Assembly: GCA_016875015.1 (NCBI GenBank)
Contig: VGSJ01000006.1
Location: forward strand, 1-63,660
Length of the DNA stretch: 63,660 nt
Direction: 5' to 3'
From: Deltaproteobacteria bacterium
GTDB taxonomy: Bacteria; Desulfobacterota; Desulfobaccia; Desulfobaccales; 0-14-0-80-60-11
Positions 29,782 through 39,618 of this stretch are shown here, one piece after another; positions within the stretch are counted from its first letter, which is position 1, and each line of letters begins with the position of its first letter. A program made the position numbers and the translations under genes. Under the pieces are notes generated by a model. It was not told the DNA's origin. It did no database searches and saw only the letters and a list, made by a program, of their open reading frames with translations.

Positions 29782-31566
29782 TTGCTTAACTGCAAAATCT
29801 TAATGAGCATCAACGGTATGTTGTGCATCCGCGCCTCCTGGTCCCGCATCGTTCTCGGCGGGATCCTGGGGGTTTCCTTGTGCCTGGCAGTCATGGGGTG
29901 CGCCTCCCTGGGTCGGATGGCCCCCACCGGAACCGGGTTCGAAACCACGCCGGAAACCCCCAAAAGTCTGTCGTATTACCACTTCCTCAAGGCCCAACAA
30001 CGGCTGGTGGCCGATGACACGGCGGGGGCCATCCGGGAATATGAGACGGCCATAAAAAATGATCCCGACTCGCCGTTTTTGGAGATGGAACTGGCCGCCC
30101 TCTACCAACGCCAGGGCGATGTGAAGCAAGCCCTGGCTCACGCCGAAAAATCCCTCCGGTTGGATCCCAAGCAGCAAGAGGCATATTTTCTCCTGGCCAG
30201 CCTGCACGTGGGCCTGAACCAGTTGGATGAGGCTACTCGGGAATACGAACACATCCTCACGTTAGACCCGGAAAACCGGGAAGCCCGCCTCTTCCTGGCC
30301 ACCCTTTACGCCCAACAGCGGCGGTATCCCAAAGCCATTCGCACCGTCCAGGAACTCTTGCGCCTGGACCCTCAACTGATCGTGGGGTACTACTACCTGG
30401 GGCGCATTTACCTGGAAACCGGCCGCCTGGCGGATGCGAAAAAAGAATTCCTGCGGGTCCTCACCATGGACCCCAAATTCGTCCCGGCCATGTTCGATCT
30501 GGGGGCCACCCTGGAACGGGAACGCCAGTACACCCGGGCTTTGTCCATGTATCGCCGCATCCTGCGCGCCCACCCCCGGAACAGCAAGGTCTGGGTCAGC
30601 ATCGCCCGCCTCTACCTGATTATGAACCGGTACAGCGATGCCCAGAAGGCCTTCCGCCAGGTCAAGGAGTTGGAGCGGAATGATCCCGCCGCTGACTTCA
30701 ATATCGCCCTGATCTGCCTGGAGCAAAAGCTGCCGGACGACGCCATCCGCCTCTTCCGCCCCCTTTTGGGCCTGCCCCGCTACCAAGAACGGGCCCGCTA
30801 CTATATCGCCATGGCCCTGGAGGAAAAGGGCGACCTGAAGGCGGCCGCCCTGGAGTATCAACTGGTGGACCGGGAATCCGAACATTTCATCCAGGCGCGC
30901 CTCAGGATGGCCTATCTCACCTTTCAAACGGGCAACAAAGAGCGGGCCCGGCAGATCCTTAACGACCTCCTGACCCAGGCCCCCAAACAGGAAGAGGTCT
31001 ATCTCACCAACTCCTATTTTTACGAAGAAGACAACCAGTGGGACCTGGCCATCCAGGCCCTCACCGCCGGGCTGGGAAAGGTGGAGCGGCCCCGGGAAAT
31101 CTATTTCCGCCTGGCAGTACTGTATGAAAAACAGAATAATCGCCCCGAAAGTATCCAGCAGATCAAGAAAGTCCTGGAACTGGACCCGAATAATGCCGAT
31201 GCCCTAAATTTCCTCGGCTACTCCTACGCCGAAGCCGGGGTAAACCTGGATGAGGCTGAAAAGCTGGTCCGGGAGGCCCTGCGGGCCAAACCCGACAGCG
31301 GCCACATCATTGATAGCCTCGGGTGGGTCTATTATAAAAAAGGCCAGTACGACAAGGCGGCGGCGGAGTTGGAGCGGGCGCACCGCATCATGCCCCAGGA
31401 CGGCACCGTGGCCGAGCATTTGGGAGACGCCTATTTCCAGATGAAGCGCTACCGGGACGCCCTGCGCATCTACCGCCGGGCCCTGGTTATGGATAATGCC
31501 AACGCCTCGGCCCTGCGGAAGAAAATCAATCAGGTGGAAATCATCTTGAAAGGGCCAGCCCATTGA
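29782..31566 (+). CDS. TPR-repeat lipoprotein
   Basis: Lipobox-like VMGC and many TPR repeats; C-terminal ALNFLGYS, IDSLGWVY and EHLGDAY. Start uncertain. Confidence 0.88.
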   Translation: MLNCKILMSINGMLCIRASWSRIVLGGILGVSLCLAVMGCASLGRMAPTGTGFETTPETPKSLSYYHFLKAQQRLVADDTAGAIREYETAIKNDPDSPFLEMELAALYQRQGDVKQALAHAEKSLRLDPKQQEAYFLLASLHVGLNQLDEATREYEHILTLDPENREARLFLATLYAQQRRYPKAIRTVQELLRLDPQLIVGYYYLGRIYLETGRLADAKKEFLRVLTMDPKFVPAMFDLGATLERERQYTRALSMYRRILRAHPRNSKVWVSIARLYLIMNRYSDAQKAFRQVKELERNDPAADFNIALICLEQKLPDDAIRLFRPLLGLPRYQERARYYIAMALEEKGDLKAAALEYQLVDRESEHFIQARLRMAYLTFQTGNKERARQILNDLLTQAPKQEEVYLTNSYFYEEDNQWDLAIQALTAGLGKVERPREIYFRLAVLYEKQNNRPESIQQIKKVLELDPNNADALNFLGYSYAEAGVNLDEAEKLVREALRAKPDSGHIIDSLGWVYYKKGQYDKAAAELERAHRIMPQDGTVAEHLGDAYFQMKRYRDALRIYRRALVMDNANASALRKKINQVEIILKGPAH

Positions 31567-32351
31567 AACTCAGAACTTTTTCATGGCTGGCGCTGGTGGC
31601 GCTCCTCTGGTCGGCAGGCTGCCGGGCCCTGCCGCCGGCCCCGCCGCCGGTGGCGGTTGTTTCCCAGGAAGAACTGCTCGCCCGTCTGCAGGCCCGGCAA
31701 GAACGGGTTCAATCTTTCCAGGCCAAAGGCCGCATCACTTTCCTGTCCCCGCAGCAGAATTATTCCGGCACGGCCTGGCTCACGGGTCAACTGCCCGCCA
31801 GTCTCAAGGTTGATGTCCTGGATTTCCTGGGCCGCACCATCCTGAGCTTCGCCACCGACGGCGCCGAGGTTAAGGTGCTGTCTCCCGGGGAAAACAAATT
31901 GTTTCAGGGCCCCGCCACTCCCCGGAATCTGGCTGCCTTCATTCCCCCCACCGTCAGCCTGCCCCAGGCCCTGCGCCTGCTGGTGGGGGCCCTGCCTTTG
32001 AGCCAGGGACCCCCCCAGAATTTCGAATATGAAGCCGCCGCGGGCCGTTACCGCTTGGAGTGGCGCCAGGGCGGCGCCCTGACCGAACGCCTGTGGGTTG
32101 CAGCCCAGGGTCTTTACCCCTTGCAAGAAGAGTGGTTCGGCGGCGCCCCGGAACCGCAATTTACCGCGGAGCTGGCCAACTTCGGCGCTCTGGCGCCCGA
32201 CCTGCCCGAAAAAATCACCCTGAAGACTTCCACGCCTAAAATGGAAATGCGCCTGGTGTATCGCGACCTTAAGCTCAATCCGCCCCTGACCCCGGTTGAG
32301 CTGACCCTAACGCCCCCCCCCGGCGTGGTCCAGGTGCCCATGGGAAGATAG
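31563..32351 (+). CDS. LolB-like/DUF4292 outer-membrane lipoprotein
   Basis: Lipobox SAGC; follows the TPR gene, as in TPR-lolB loci. Confidence 0.6.
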   Translation: MKLRTFSWLALVALLWSAGCRALPPAPPPVAVVSQEELLARLQARQERVQSFQAKGRITFLSPQQNYSGTAWLTGQLPASLKVDVLDFLGRTILSFATDGAEVKVLSPGENKLFQGPATPRNLAAFIPPTVSLPQALRLLVGALPLSQGPPQNFEYEAAAGRYRLEWRQGGALTERLWVAAQGLYPLQEEWFGGAPEPQFTAELANFGALAPDLPEKITLKTSTPKMEMRLVYRDLKLNPPLTPVELTLTPPPGVVQVPMGR

Positions 32352-32522
32352 CTGTCAGCTGTCAAGGCCGTAGGGCGGGAAAGCGAAGCGCATCCCGCCT
32401 TTAGCGTTCTCAGGCTGCCAGGCTGGGGTGGGGGTGAAATTGCTGGGCATTGCTTCAACCTATAAGGGATAAGGGGGAGAGGGAAGGAGTCTTTTGTCAA
32501 TTAATTCAGGGTTTCTAACTCT

Positions 32523-33017
32523 ATGAACTTCCTGGTGGATCAGCCCCTGGGCGGGCTGGCCAAGTGGCTGCGTTTCTGCGGCTTCGACGCCACCCTCATG
32601 CGCCTGGCCCCGGATAAGCCCGGGAGCTGGCCGCCCTCCCAGCCCCAGACTCACATCCTGACCCGGCAGGCAGCCTGCCAGCGTCTCAAGCGGCCTGATC
32701 TCCTGGTGCTGGCCGCGCCCGACCCCGAGGGCCAGTTGGCCGAGGTGATCCGGCGCCTGCGCCTGGCGCCCCGCCTATTCAAGCCCCTGAGCCGTTGCCG
32801 CCACTGCAACGATCCCCTCGCCCCCCTCAACCGGGACCAGGTCCAGGGCCGGGTGTCAGAGCATGTCTTCCTGCACCACCGCCGGTTCTACGAATGCCCC
32901 CGCTGCCACCGGGTTTACTGGCCCGGCAGCCACATCCAGGGAATCACCGGCACCTTGCGGGACCAACTAAACCAACTGGAGCAACTGGGAGACCGGGGCG
33001 ACGACCCTGAGAATTAA
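32523..33017 (+). CDS. Mut7-C RNase domain protein
   Basis: FLVDQPLGGLAKWLRFCGFD, RCRHCN and CPRCHRVYWPGSH. Confidence 0.9.
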   Translation: MNFLVDQPLGGLAKWLRFCGFDATLMRLAPDKPGSWPPSQPQTHILTRQAACQRLKRPDLLVLAAPDPEGQLAEVIRRLRLAPRLFKPLSRCRHCNDPLAPLNRDQVQGRVSEHVFLHHRRFYECPRCHRVYWPGSHIQGITGTLRDQLNQLEQLGDRGDDPEN

Positions 33018-33175
33018 CGAGCACTAATTTTCGGCGCTTTTGAGATTGCACCGGCCCCTTCCCGACCCTATAGTAAATATTGAAGAAAAAGTGCCTGGGG
33101 CCGGATAACCATCTCCGGTTGCCTTCCAACGCCGGGTTTCCCTCCCGGTTCCTGCCTCCGGGAAAGGAGTTATGC

Positions 33176-33595
33176 ATGAGCGCCGATTATAAAAGTTTGG
33201 CTCTTAAGGGACTCAAGGGCGCCTGGCGGTACGCCAGGACCCTGGCCCTCAATACGCTGCGCCGGGGTCTGATCCTGGGCCGCTACACCCTGGCCTGCTG
33301 GCAAAAGCAGAGCGTTAATCGGGCCATGCGCCGATTGGGGGAGCAGTTCTTTCAGGCGCTGGAACGGGGCGAGACCAACCCATTGGTGGTGAATGAAGTG
33401 AGCGATGCGGTCCAAAAGGCGAAGGATTTAAAAGAGGTCAAGGACAAGAATTATCAGGCCGTGGCCGCCATCCGGGACAAAATCCGGGCCGCCTGGGCTA
33501 AGGAACCCCCGCCGGCGCCCGCCCCGGAACCGCCACCCGAGGCCGCCGAGCCAGTTGGGGAAGCTGAGAAGCCCCAGGAGCCTGCGGCTCAGTAG
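33176..33595 (+). CDS. Hypothetical protein
   Basis: RBS AAGGAG before ATG 33176; helical protein with a Pro/Glu-rich tail. Confidence 0.6.
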   Translation: MSADYKSLALKGLKGAWRYARTLALNTLRRGLILGRYTLACWQKQSVNRAMRRLGEQFFQALERGETNPLVVNEVSDAVQKAKDLKEVKDKNYQAVAAIRDKIRAAWAKEPPPAPAPEPPPEAAEPVGEAEKPQEPAAQ

Positions 33596-33625
33596 GATTT
33601 TGCTATCCTGGTCTGAAAAGTTCTT

Positions 33626-33681
33626 GGTGGCACCGGTATCTTACCGGTGCAGGGGCACAGGTTGAAAACCTGTGCCACCAA
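33626..33681. repeat. REP-like doublet
   Basis: GGTGGCACCGGTATCTTACCGGTGC ... GCACAGGTTGAAAACCTGTGCCACC; related units at ~10350, ~28733 and ~34877. Confidence 0.7.
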
Positions 33682-33844
33682 TGCCAGGCGCTTTTCTAGG
33701 CCAGACTGTGGCCTTCTCCGCCTGTGCTCTATGTGGGGCGCCTGGCGCACCTCTGGCGGACCCGGAGCCCCGCCCCACCGGATTCTTCATGGTTTTTAGG
33801 TGCGCCGCAGGCTCATGAACGACTGCAAATTACCTTATCTGCCC

Positions 33845-34336
33845 TCACTCCGCCCCGCACTCCGCCGGGCTGCCCCGGAGTTTTTCCAGGGCGTGGGGCA
33901 GGGCCGGCGCCACCGCCGCCAGGTTCTCCCGGGCCCCCTTGGGACTGCCGGGGAGGTTGATAATCAGGGTGCGGCCCCGGATCACCGCCACCCCCCGGGA
34001 GAGCATGGCGTGGGGGGTTATGGCCAGGCCCGCGGCCCGCATGGCCTCGGGGATGCCCGGCACCAGGCGCTGGGCCACGGCCAGCGTGGCCTCCGGGGTG
34101 GTGTCCCGGGGGCTCAGGCCCGTCCCCCCGGTGGTCAGGATCAGGTCCAGGCCATCGTCGTCGCTCCAGGCCTTAAGTTGCGCCGCAATGGCCTCCGGCT
34201 CGTCGGGCGCCACCTGGTAGGCGGCTATCTCATAGCACCGGGGGTCGAGCAACCGGCCCAGTTCAGGCCCGGCGGTGTCGGCCCGCTCCCCCGCGTGCCC
34301 CTTGTCACTGACGGTCAGGATGCCCACCCGGAACAT
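33845..34336 (-). CDS. mog: Molybdopterin adenylyltransferase (MogA/MoaB family)
   Basis: ILTVSD, TTGGTGLSPRDTTPEAT, AMLSRG and NLPGSPK. Confidence 0.9.
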   Translation of the reverse strand: MFRVGILTVSDKGHAGERADTAGPELGRLLDPRCYEIAAYQVAPDEPEAIAAQLKAWSDDDGLDLILTTGGTGLSPRDTTPEATLAVAQRLVPGIPEAMRAAGLAITPHAMLSRGVAVIRGRTLIINLPGSPKGARENLAAVAPALPHALEKLRGSPAECGAE

Positions 34337-34811
34337 CCGTCACCTCGATGGTATCGCCGGGCTTGACCAGGCCGTCTTTCAACACCCTTGCAAAAACCCC
34401 TTCCCGGGGCATGACGCAGTCCCCCACCTGCTCCCGGATGGCGCAGCCCTTGTGGCAGGCCTTGCCGATCTGGGTGATTTCCAACTCCACCGTATCGCCC
34501 ACCTTGAGCCGGGTCCCCACCGGCAGGTCCATGACCGCCAGGCCCTCCACGGTGAGGTTCTCGGCAAAATCGCCGGGCGCAACCTTTGCCCCCGCGGCCA
34601 CCATCTTGTCGATGCTCGCCTGGGCCAGGAGGCTCACCTGGCGGATGCCGCCTTCGGCGTGGGCGTCGCCGGCCAGGCCGTGCTCCTTCACCAGCCGGGC
34701 CTGGTCCACGTTGCGCTTGACCACGCCCTTGCGGTCGCTGACGGAGACCGCATTGATGCGGCCGCGTTGCCCCGGGGCGGGAGGCGTTGTTGGTGAGTTT
34801 TCTAAAGTCAT
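34305..34811 (-). CDS. MOSC-domain protein
   Basis: GDAHA, RQVSLL, GDFAENL, TQIGKACH..C and CVMPREG. Confidence 0.9.
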   Translation of the reverse strand: MTLENSPTTPPAPGQRGRINAVSVSDRKGVVKRNVDQARLVKEHGLAGDAHAEGGIRQVSLLAQASIDKMVAAGAKVAPGDFAENLTVEGLAVMDLPVGTRLKVGDTVELEITQIGKACHKGCAIREQVGDCVMPREGVFARVLKDGLVKPGDTIEVTDVPGGHPDRQ

Positions 34812-34920
34812 TATGTCTCAATTGGGGGCTTTTTACCCCCGGCTAAACTTCATGGCCGCAGGCGAAAGCACGCGATGGCACAGGCTGGAAGCCTGTGCTA
34901 CCAACCCCCTGATCCCTGCT

Positions 34921-37002
34921 TTACTCCTTTTCCTTCTCCACCCTGGCTTCGTTGATGATTTTTTCCGCCAGGTGGGGCGGCATTTCTTCGTAGTGGTCGA
35001 ACTCCATCTCGTAGGTGCCCCGGCCCCCGGTCTTGGAGATCAAATCCGGGGCATAGAGCAGCACCTCGGTCATGGGCACGTGCGCGGTGATCACCTGCTG
35101 CCGGCCTTCGGCTTCCACCCCCAGGACCCGGCCCCGGCGCCCGTTGAGGTCGCCGATAATATCCCCCATGTTTTCTTCCGGCACCGTCACCGTCATCTTC
35201 ATAACAGGTTCCAGCAGGATGGGGTTGGCCTGCTCCATGCCCTTCTTGAAGCCCATGGACCCGGCGATTTTAAACGCCATGTCCGAGGAGTCCACGTCGT
35301 GGAAAGAGCCGTCATACAGGGTGACCCGGAAATCCACCACCGGGAAGCCGGCCAGGATGCCGGTGTTCTTGGCCTCGGCGATGCCTTTTTCCACCGAGGG
35401 GATGTACTGTTTGGGGATGGAGCCGCCCACGATCTTGTCGGCGAACTCAAAGCCGCTGCCCTTGGGTAAAGGCTCCAACTCCAGCCAGGTATCGCCGTAT
35501 TGACCCCGGCCGCCGGACTGGCGTTTATATTTGCCCTGCACCTTGACGGTGGCCTTGATGGTCTCCCGGTACGGCACCCTGGGGGGCTTCAGGTTGACTT
35601 CCACCCCGAACTTGCGCTTCAACTTTTCCGCGGTGGCCTCGATATGGACCGAGCCCACGCCGGACAGCAGGATTTCCTTGGTGTCGGCGTTGCGGGTCAG
35701 GCTCAGGGAGGGATCTTCTTCAATGAGCTTGGAGAACGAAGAGAAGACCTTGTCCTCTTCCCCCTGTTTCTTGGGTTCCAGCGCAAAGGTGACCATGGGC
35801 CGGGAGGACGGGATGGCCGGCAGCAGGATGGGCTTGCCCTCAGTTGTCAGGGTGTCGCCGGTGACGGTTTCCTTGAGTTTGGCCACTGCCCCGAAGGCCC
35901 CGGGGCCCAGGTGGGGCACGGCCTTCTGACCTTTGCCCTCCAGCAGGAAGAGCTGCCCGAAACGTTCCGGCGCCGCCCGGGTGGCGTTATTGACCGTGGA
36001 GTCGGCGGCCATGATGCCGGAGTAAATGCGAAAGATGGACAGGCGGCCGGCATAGGGGTCGGCCACGGTCTTGAAGACTTGCGCCGCCAGGGGGCCATCC
36101 GGGTCCGCCTCAAAAGCCGCTTCCGCTCCCGTAGCAGGATGCTGCCCCTTGAGCGGGCCCCGGTCTTCCGGGGCGGGGAGAAAGAAATTGATGGCGTCCA
36201 GCAGGAGCGAGGCGCTGGCGCTGTTTTGGCTTGCCCCGCACAAAACCGGCACGAAGTTGCCTTTCAGGGTGCCGACCCGGAGTCCCTGGTAGATTTCCTC
36301 CGGCGTGAGTTCCCCTTCCTCCAGGAACTTTTCGATCAGGGCGTCGTCGCTCTCTGCGGCAAAATTGAGCAGATCGCCGCGTAGCGCCTCCACCTCATCC
36401 TTAAGGTCGTCGGGGATGGGGCCCGCCTCCATCTTGCCGCCCCCGGCCGCCGCCACATAGGCCTTCTGGCTGATCAAATCCACCACCCCTTTGAAACCGG
36501 CTTCCCGGCCGATGGGGAGTTGGATCGGCACGGCCTGGACCTCCAACACTTCCCGGACTTCCTTGAGCGCCTGGTGAAAATCGGCCCGCTCCCGGTCCAT
36601 CTTATTGATAAACACCAGGCGGGGCAGATTGTACCGGTTGGCCGTGTGCCAGACCTTTTCGGTACCCACCTTGACGCCGTCCACCGCGTCTACCACCACC
36701 ACGGCGCCGTCCGCCACATGGAGGGCGGCCCGGGTGTCCGCCAGGAAGTTGTCATCCCCGGGAGTGTCGGCCAAATAGACCGTGTGCTTTTTCCACTGAT
36801 AGTGGTGAAAGGCGCTGGAGATGGTGATCTTACGTTTAATCTCCTCAGGCTCGTAATCCAGGACGGAACTGCCGTCGTCGACTTTTCCCAGCCGGGAGGT
36901 GGCCCCCGCCCCAAAGAGGAGGGCCTCGGCCAAAGAGGTCTTGCCGCAGCCCCCATGGCCGATCAGTGCTAAGTTGCGAATCTGTGCGGTTTTGCCGGAC
37001 AT
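34921..37002 (-). CDS. fusA2: Elongation factor G-like protein (EF-G2)
   Basis: Full EF-G architecture (NKMDRE, YRETI, RQSGGRGQYG, HDVDSSDMAF) with divergent G1 GHGGCGKT and G3 DTPGDDNF. Confidence 0.9.
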   Translation of the reverse strand: MSGKTAQIRNLALIGHGGCGKTSLAEALLFGAGATSRLGKVDDGSSVLDYEPEEIKRKITISSAFHHYQWKKHTVYLADTPGDDNFLADTRAALHVADGAVVVVDAVDGVKVGTEKVWHTANRYNLPRLVFINKMDRERADFHQALKEVREVLEVQAVPIQLPIGREAGFKGVVDLISQKAYVAAAGGGKMEAGPIPDDLKDEVEALRGDLLNFAAESDDALIEKFLEEGELTPEEIYQGLRVGTLKGNFVPVLCGASQNSASASLLLDAINFFLPAPEDRGPLKGQHPATGAEAAFEADPDGPLAAQVFKTVADPYAGRLSIFRIYSGIMAADSTVNNATRAAPERFGQLFLLEGKGQKAVPHLGPGAFGAVAKLKETVTGDTLTTEGKPILLPAIPSSRPMVTFALEPKKQGEEDKVFSSFSKLIEEDPSLSLTRNADTKEILLSGVGSVHIEATAEKLKRKFGVEVNLKPPRVPYRETIKATVKVQGKYKRQSGGRGQYGDTWLELEPLPKGSGFEFADKIVGGSIPKQYIPSVEKGIAEAKNTGILAGFPVVDFRVTLYDGSFHDVDSSDMAFKIAGSMGFKKGMEQANPILLEPVMKMTVTVPEENMGDIIGDLNGRRGRVLGVEAEGRQQVITAHVPMTEVLLYAPDLISKTGGRGTYEMEFDHYEEMPPHLAEKIINEARVEKEKE

Positions 37003-37316
37003 CAAGCTCTCCCTTCCCTCATGGTCGCCTCCCCGGTTCCCGATGTGCTATCAGTCCGGGGCAACCTTTTAAAATTAACAGGTTTGTCCATAAATCTCAA
37101 CCGCTACGGAAAAACTTTTCGGAACAGTTCCTCATGGGCCTGTGGCCCACCCATAAATTTATGAAAAGTTCATGATGGGCATACCCCTGACTTTGAACCT
37201 TGAACCTGGAACTTTTCACGACAAATAAATCAGGTAGATAGGCATGAAAGGTCCGTTATTTTCCAAAAATATGTCACTACGTTGGGCGCCTAACCCCAAA
37301 AACCGCGCTAAAATTA

Positions 37317-38606
37317 TCAGGTAAACGGCGTAATTGTGGGCGGGATGGGGGCGGGGGCGGGCGGTTCCGGCTCGGTGAAGCCAAAGTGGCGCAGGGCTGG
37401 GTTCTTCAAGAGCACGACCCCGGCCACCACTGCGGCGATGCAGGCGCCCCCGGTGATTGACGGACCGGCTCCCACGTAGTGGGCCGCGACGCCGTACAAA
37501 ATGCTGCCCACCGGGGCGAAGCCCATGACGATGAGCCCGAACAGGCTCATAAGGCGGCCCCGCAACGCATCCGGCACGTTGAGTTGCAGCAGGCTGTTGC
37601 CGGTGGAGAGCTGGGTCACCAGGCCGAACCCGGCCAGCGCCATGCAGCCCAGCGCGGCGTAATAGTTCCGGCACAGCCCCAGGCCTATCAGCCCCAGGAG
37701 GAACAGGCCCTGGCCCGCCAGAAACGAGGGCATGGGCGGGCGGCGCGTGAGGCGCCGGGCCAGGGTGAGCCCGCCGGCAAAGGCCCCCAGGCCGCTCATG
37801 GCCATGAGCAGACCGAAGCCCCGGGGCCCCACCCCCAGGGTGTCCCGGGCCAGGATGGGCAGCAGTACGAAATACGGCATGGCGAAGACCGCCACCGTAG
37901 TCATCAGCACCAGGATAAGCCTCAGTTCCCGGCGGTCCAGCAGGTAGTCCAACAACTCCTTCCAGGCCCGGAGAAAGGGTTTCCAGGGCACGGCCTGGGT
38001 CGGGGGCAGTTTGATGAGCACCAGGGCCAGGAGCACCGCCAGAAAGCTGGCGGCGTTCAGGAAGAAGCAGTTGGCTATGCCCACCGCGCCGATGATCACG
38101 CCCCCCACCGCCGGGCCCGCCACCCGGGTGGCATTGAACAGCGTGGAGTTGAGGGCGATGGCGTTGGGCAGGTCCGGTTTGCCCACCAGGTCCACGATGA
38201 AGGCCTGGCGCACCGGGATGTCAAAGGCCATGGCCGTGCCCGACAGAAAGACCAGGGCGCAGAGCATCCAGACCCGGACCACGTTGGCTTCCACCAGCAC
38301 CCCCAGGATCAGGGCCAGGAGCATGAGAACGGCCTGGGTGATGAAGAGCAGCCTGAGCTTGGAGGTGTGGTCGGCCACCACCCCGCCGAGGAACGAAAAG
38401 AGGAGCACCGGCAGGGTCTGGAGCGCCCCCACCAGGCCCAGGTAAAAGGCGGAGTTGGTGAGCACCAGGACCAGCCAGCTGAAGGCCACGGACTGCATCC
38501 AGGAGCCGGTGAGGGAGATCATCTGGCCGGAGTAGAACAGCCGGAAATTGCGGTGGCGCAGGGCCGCAAACGTGGACCACCGCGCCGGGTTCATGTCGGC
38601 TCCCAC
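37317..38606 (-). CDS. MFS transporter (MFS_3/DUF894-like)
   Basis: ALRHRNFRLF..GQMISLTGSWMQ and NAIALNS; about 12 TM segments. Confidence 0.9.
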   Translation of the reverse strand: MGADMNPARWSTFAALRHRNFRLFYSGQMISLTGSWMQSVAFSWLVLVLTNSAFYLGLVGALQTLPVLLFSFLGGVVADHTSKLRLLFITQAVLMLLALILGVLVEANVVRVWMLCALVFLSGTAMAFDIPVRQAFIVDLVGKPDLPNAIALNSTLFNATRVAGPAVGGVIIGAVGIANCFFLNAASFLAVLLALVLIKLPPTQAVPWKPFLRAWKELLDYLLDRRELRLILVLMTTVAVFAMPYFVLLPILARDTLGVGPRGFGLLMAMSGLGAFAGGLTLARRLTRRPPMPSFLAGQGLFLLGLIGLGLCRNYYAALGCMALAGFGLVTQLSTGNSLLQLNVPDALRGRLMSLFGLIVMGFAPVGSILYGVAAHYVGAGPSITGGACIAAVVAGVVLLKNPALRHFGFTEPEPPAPAPIPPTITPFT

Positions 38607-38865
38607 ATAAGCTGGCGCGTGGTCAAAATCACCTCTTCTCTCGGGTCCGGGATCAGTTATGCTTAGCTTGGGTCAGGCGCTTTGCGGGAAGCCGGCGCTG
38701 CGCCTCTACCTTTAATAATAAGAAAAGACCCGAGCTTGTGCAATGGTCTGGGGGCGAGATCCATGGATGGACCGGGCGACGGCTGCCCCGGGCTGCGGGC
38801 TTGACAAGGGCTCGGCCCCGGGTCTATATATATGCCAAACACTTAAGACTTCGGAGACCTGGAAA

Positions 38866-39165
38866 ATGTTTGCCCTTGGACACCTGATCAAAGCTCTGGC
38901 CGACATTCTGAACCTGGCCCTGACGATCTACATGTGGGTGATCATCGCCCGGGCCCTCCTGTCCTGGGTCAATCCCGACCCGTATAATCCCATTGTCCGG
39001 TTTTTGTACAACGTCACCGAGCCGGTCCTGAGCTGGGTTCGGGCCCGGGTGCCCGTGGTTTTCGGCGGCCTGGACCTCGCCCCGCTGCTGGTGCTGCTGG
39101 CCATCGTCTTCCTGCAGCGCTTCCTGATCCCCACCCTGATGGATCTGGCGCTGCGCCTCGGGTGA
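38866..39165 (+). CDS. YggT-family membrane protein
   Basis: IIARALLSWVNPDPYNPIVRFL..TEPVL..GGLDLAP. Confidence 0.92.
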   Translation: MFALGHLIKALADILNLALTIYMWVIIARALLSWVNPDPYNPIVRFLYNVTEPVLSWVRARVPVVFGGLDLAPLLVLLAIVFLQRFLIPTLMDLALRLG

Positions 39166-39184
39166 GGGCGGATTCCTCCGCCTC

Positions 39185-39499
39185 ATGCCCCCCTTTTTTC
39201 AGCCTACCAGCCAGGGATACCTGCTGCGCCTGACAGTGGCGCCTGGCGCCCGGCGCACCCAGGTGGCGGGCCTGTACGGCGACCGCCTCAAGGTCCGGCT
39301 GGCGGCCCCGCCGGAAAAAGGCTCGGCCAACCGGGAACTTATCGATTTTCTCGCCCGATCCCTCAACCTCCCCAAGAGTTCCCTCAAGCTCACCCTGGGC
39401 GCCCAGAGCCGGTCCAAAGTGGTGACAGTGTACGACCTGTCCCCGGACCTGCCCGACCGCCTCTGTCGTCTGGCGCCGGCTTCAAAAGAATCTGCCTGA
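39185..39499 (+). CDS. DUF167/YggU-family protein
   Basis: LKVRLAAPPEKGSANRELIDFL..GAQSRSK; follows yggT. Confidence 0.9.
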   Translation: MPPFFQPTSQGYLLRLTVAPGARRTQVAGLYGDRLKVRLAAPPEKGSANRELIDFLARSLNLPKSSLKLTLGAQSRSKVVTVYDLSPDLPDRLCRLAPASKESA

Positions 39500-39618
39500 T
39501 TTCACCGGCAACACTGCGGGGCCATCCTTGACAATGGTAAGCCGGATGATAACAATTATGGGCACATATACCGGTGCGCCGCCATTGGTAATCCCAAGGG
39601 GCTTGTGGTTGTTTCTGG

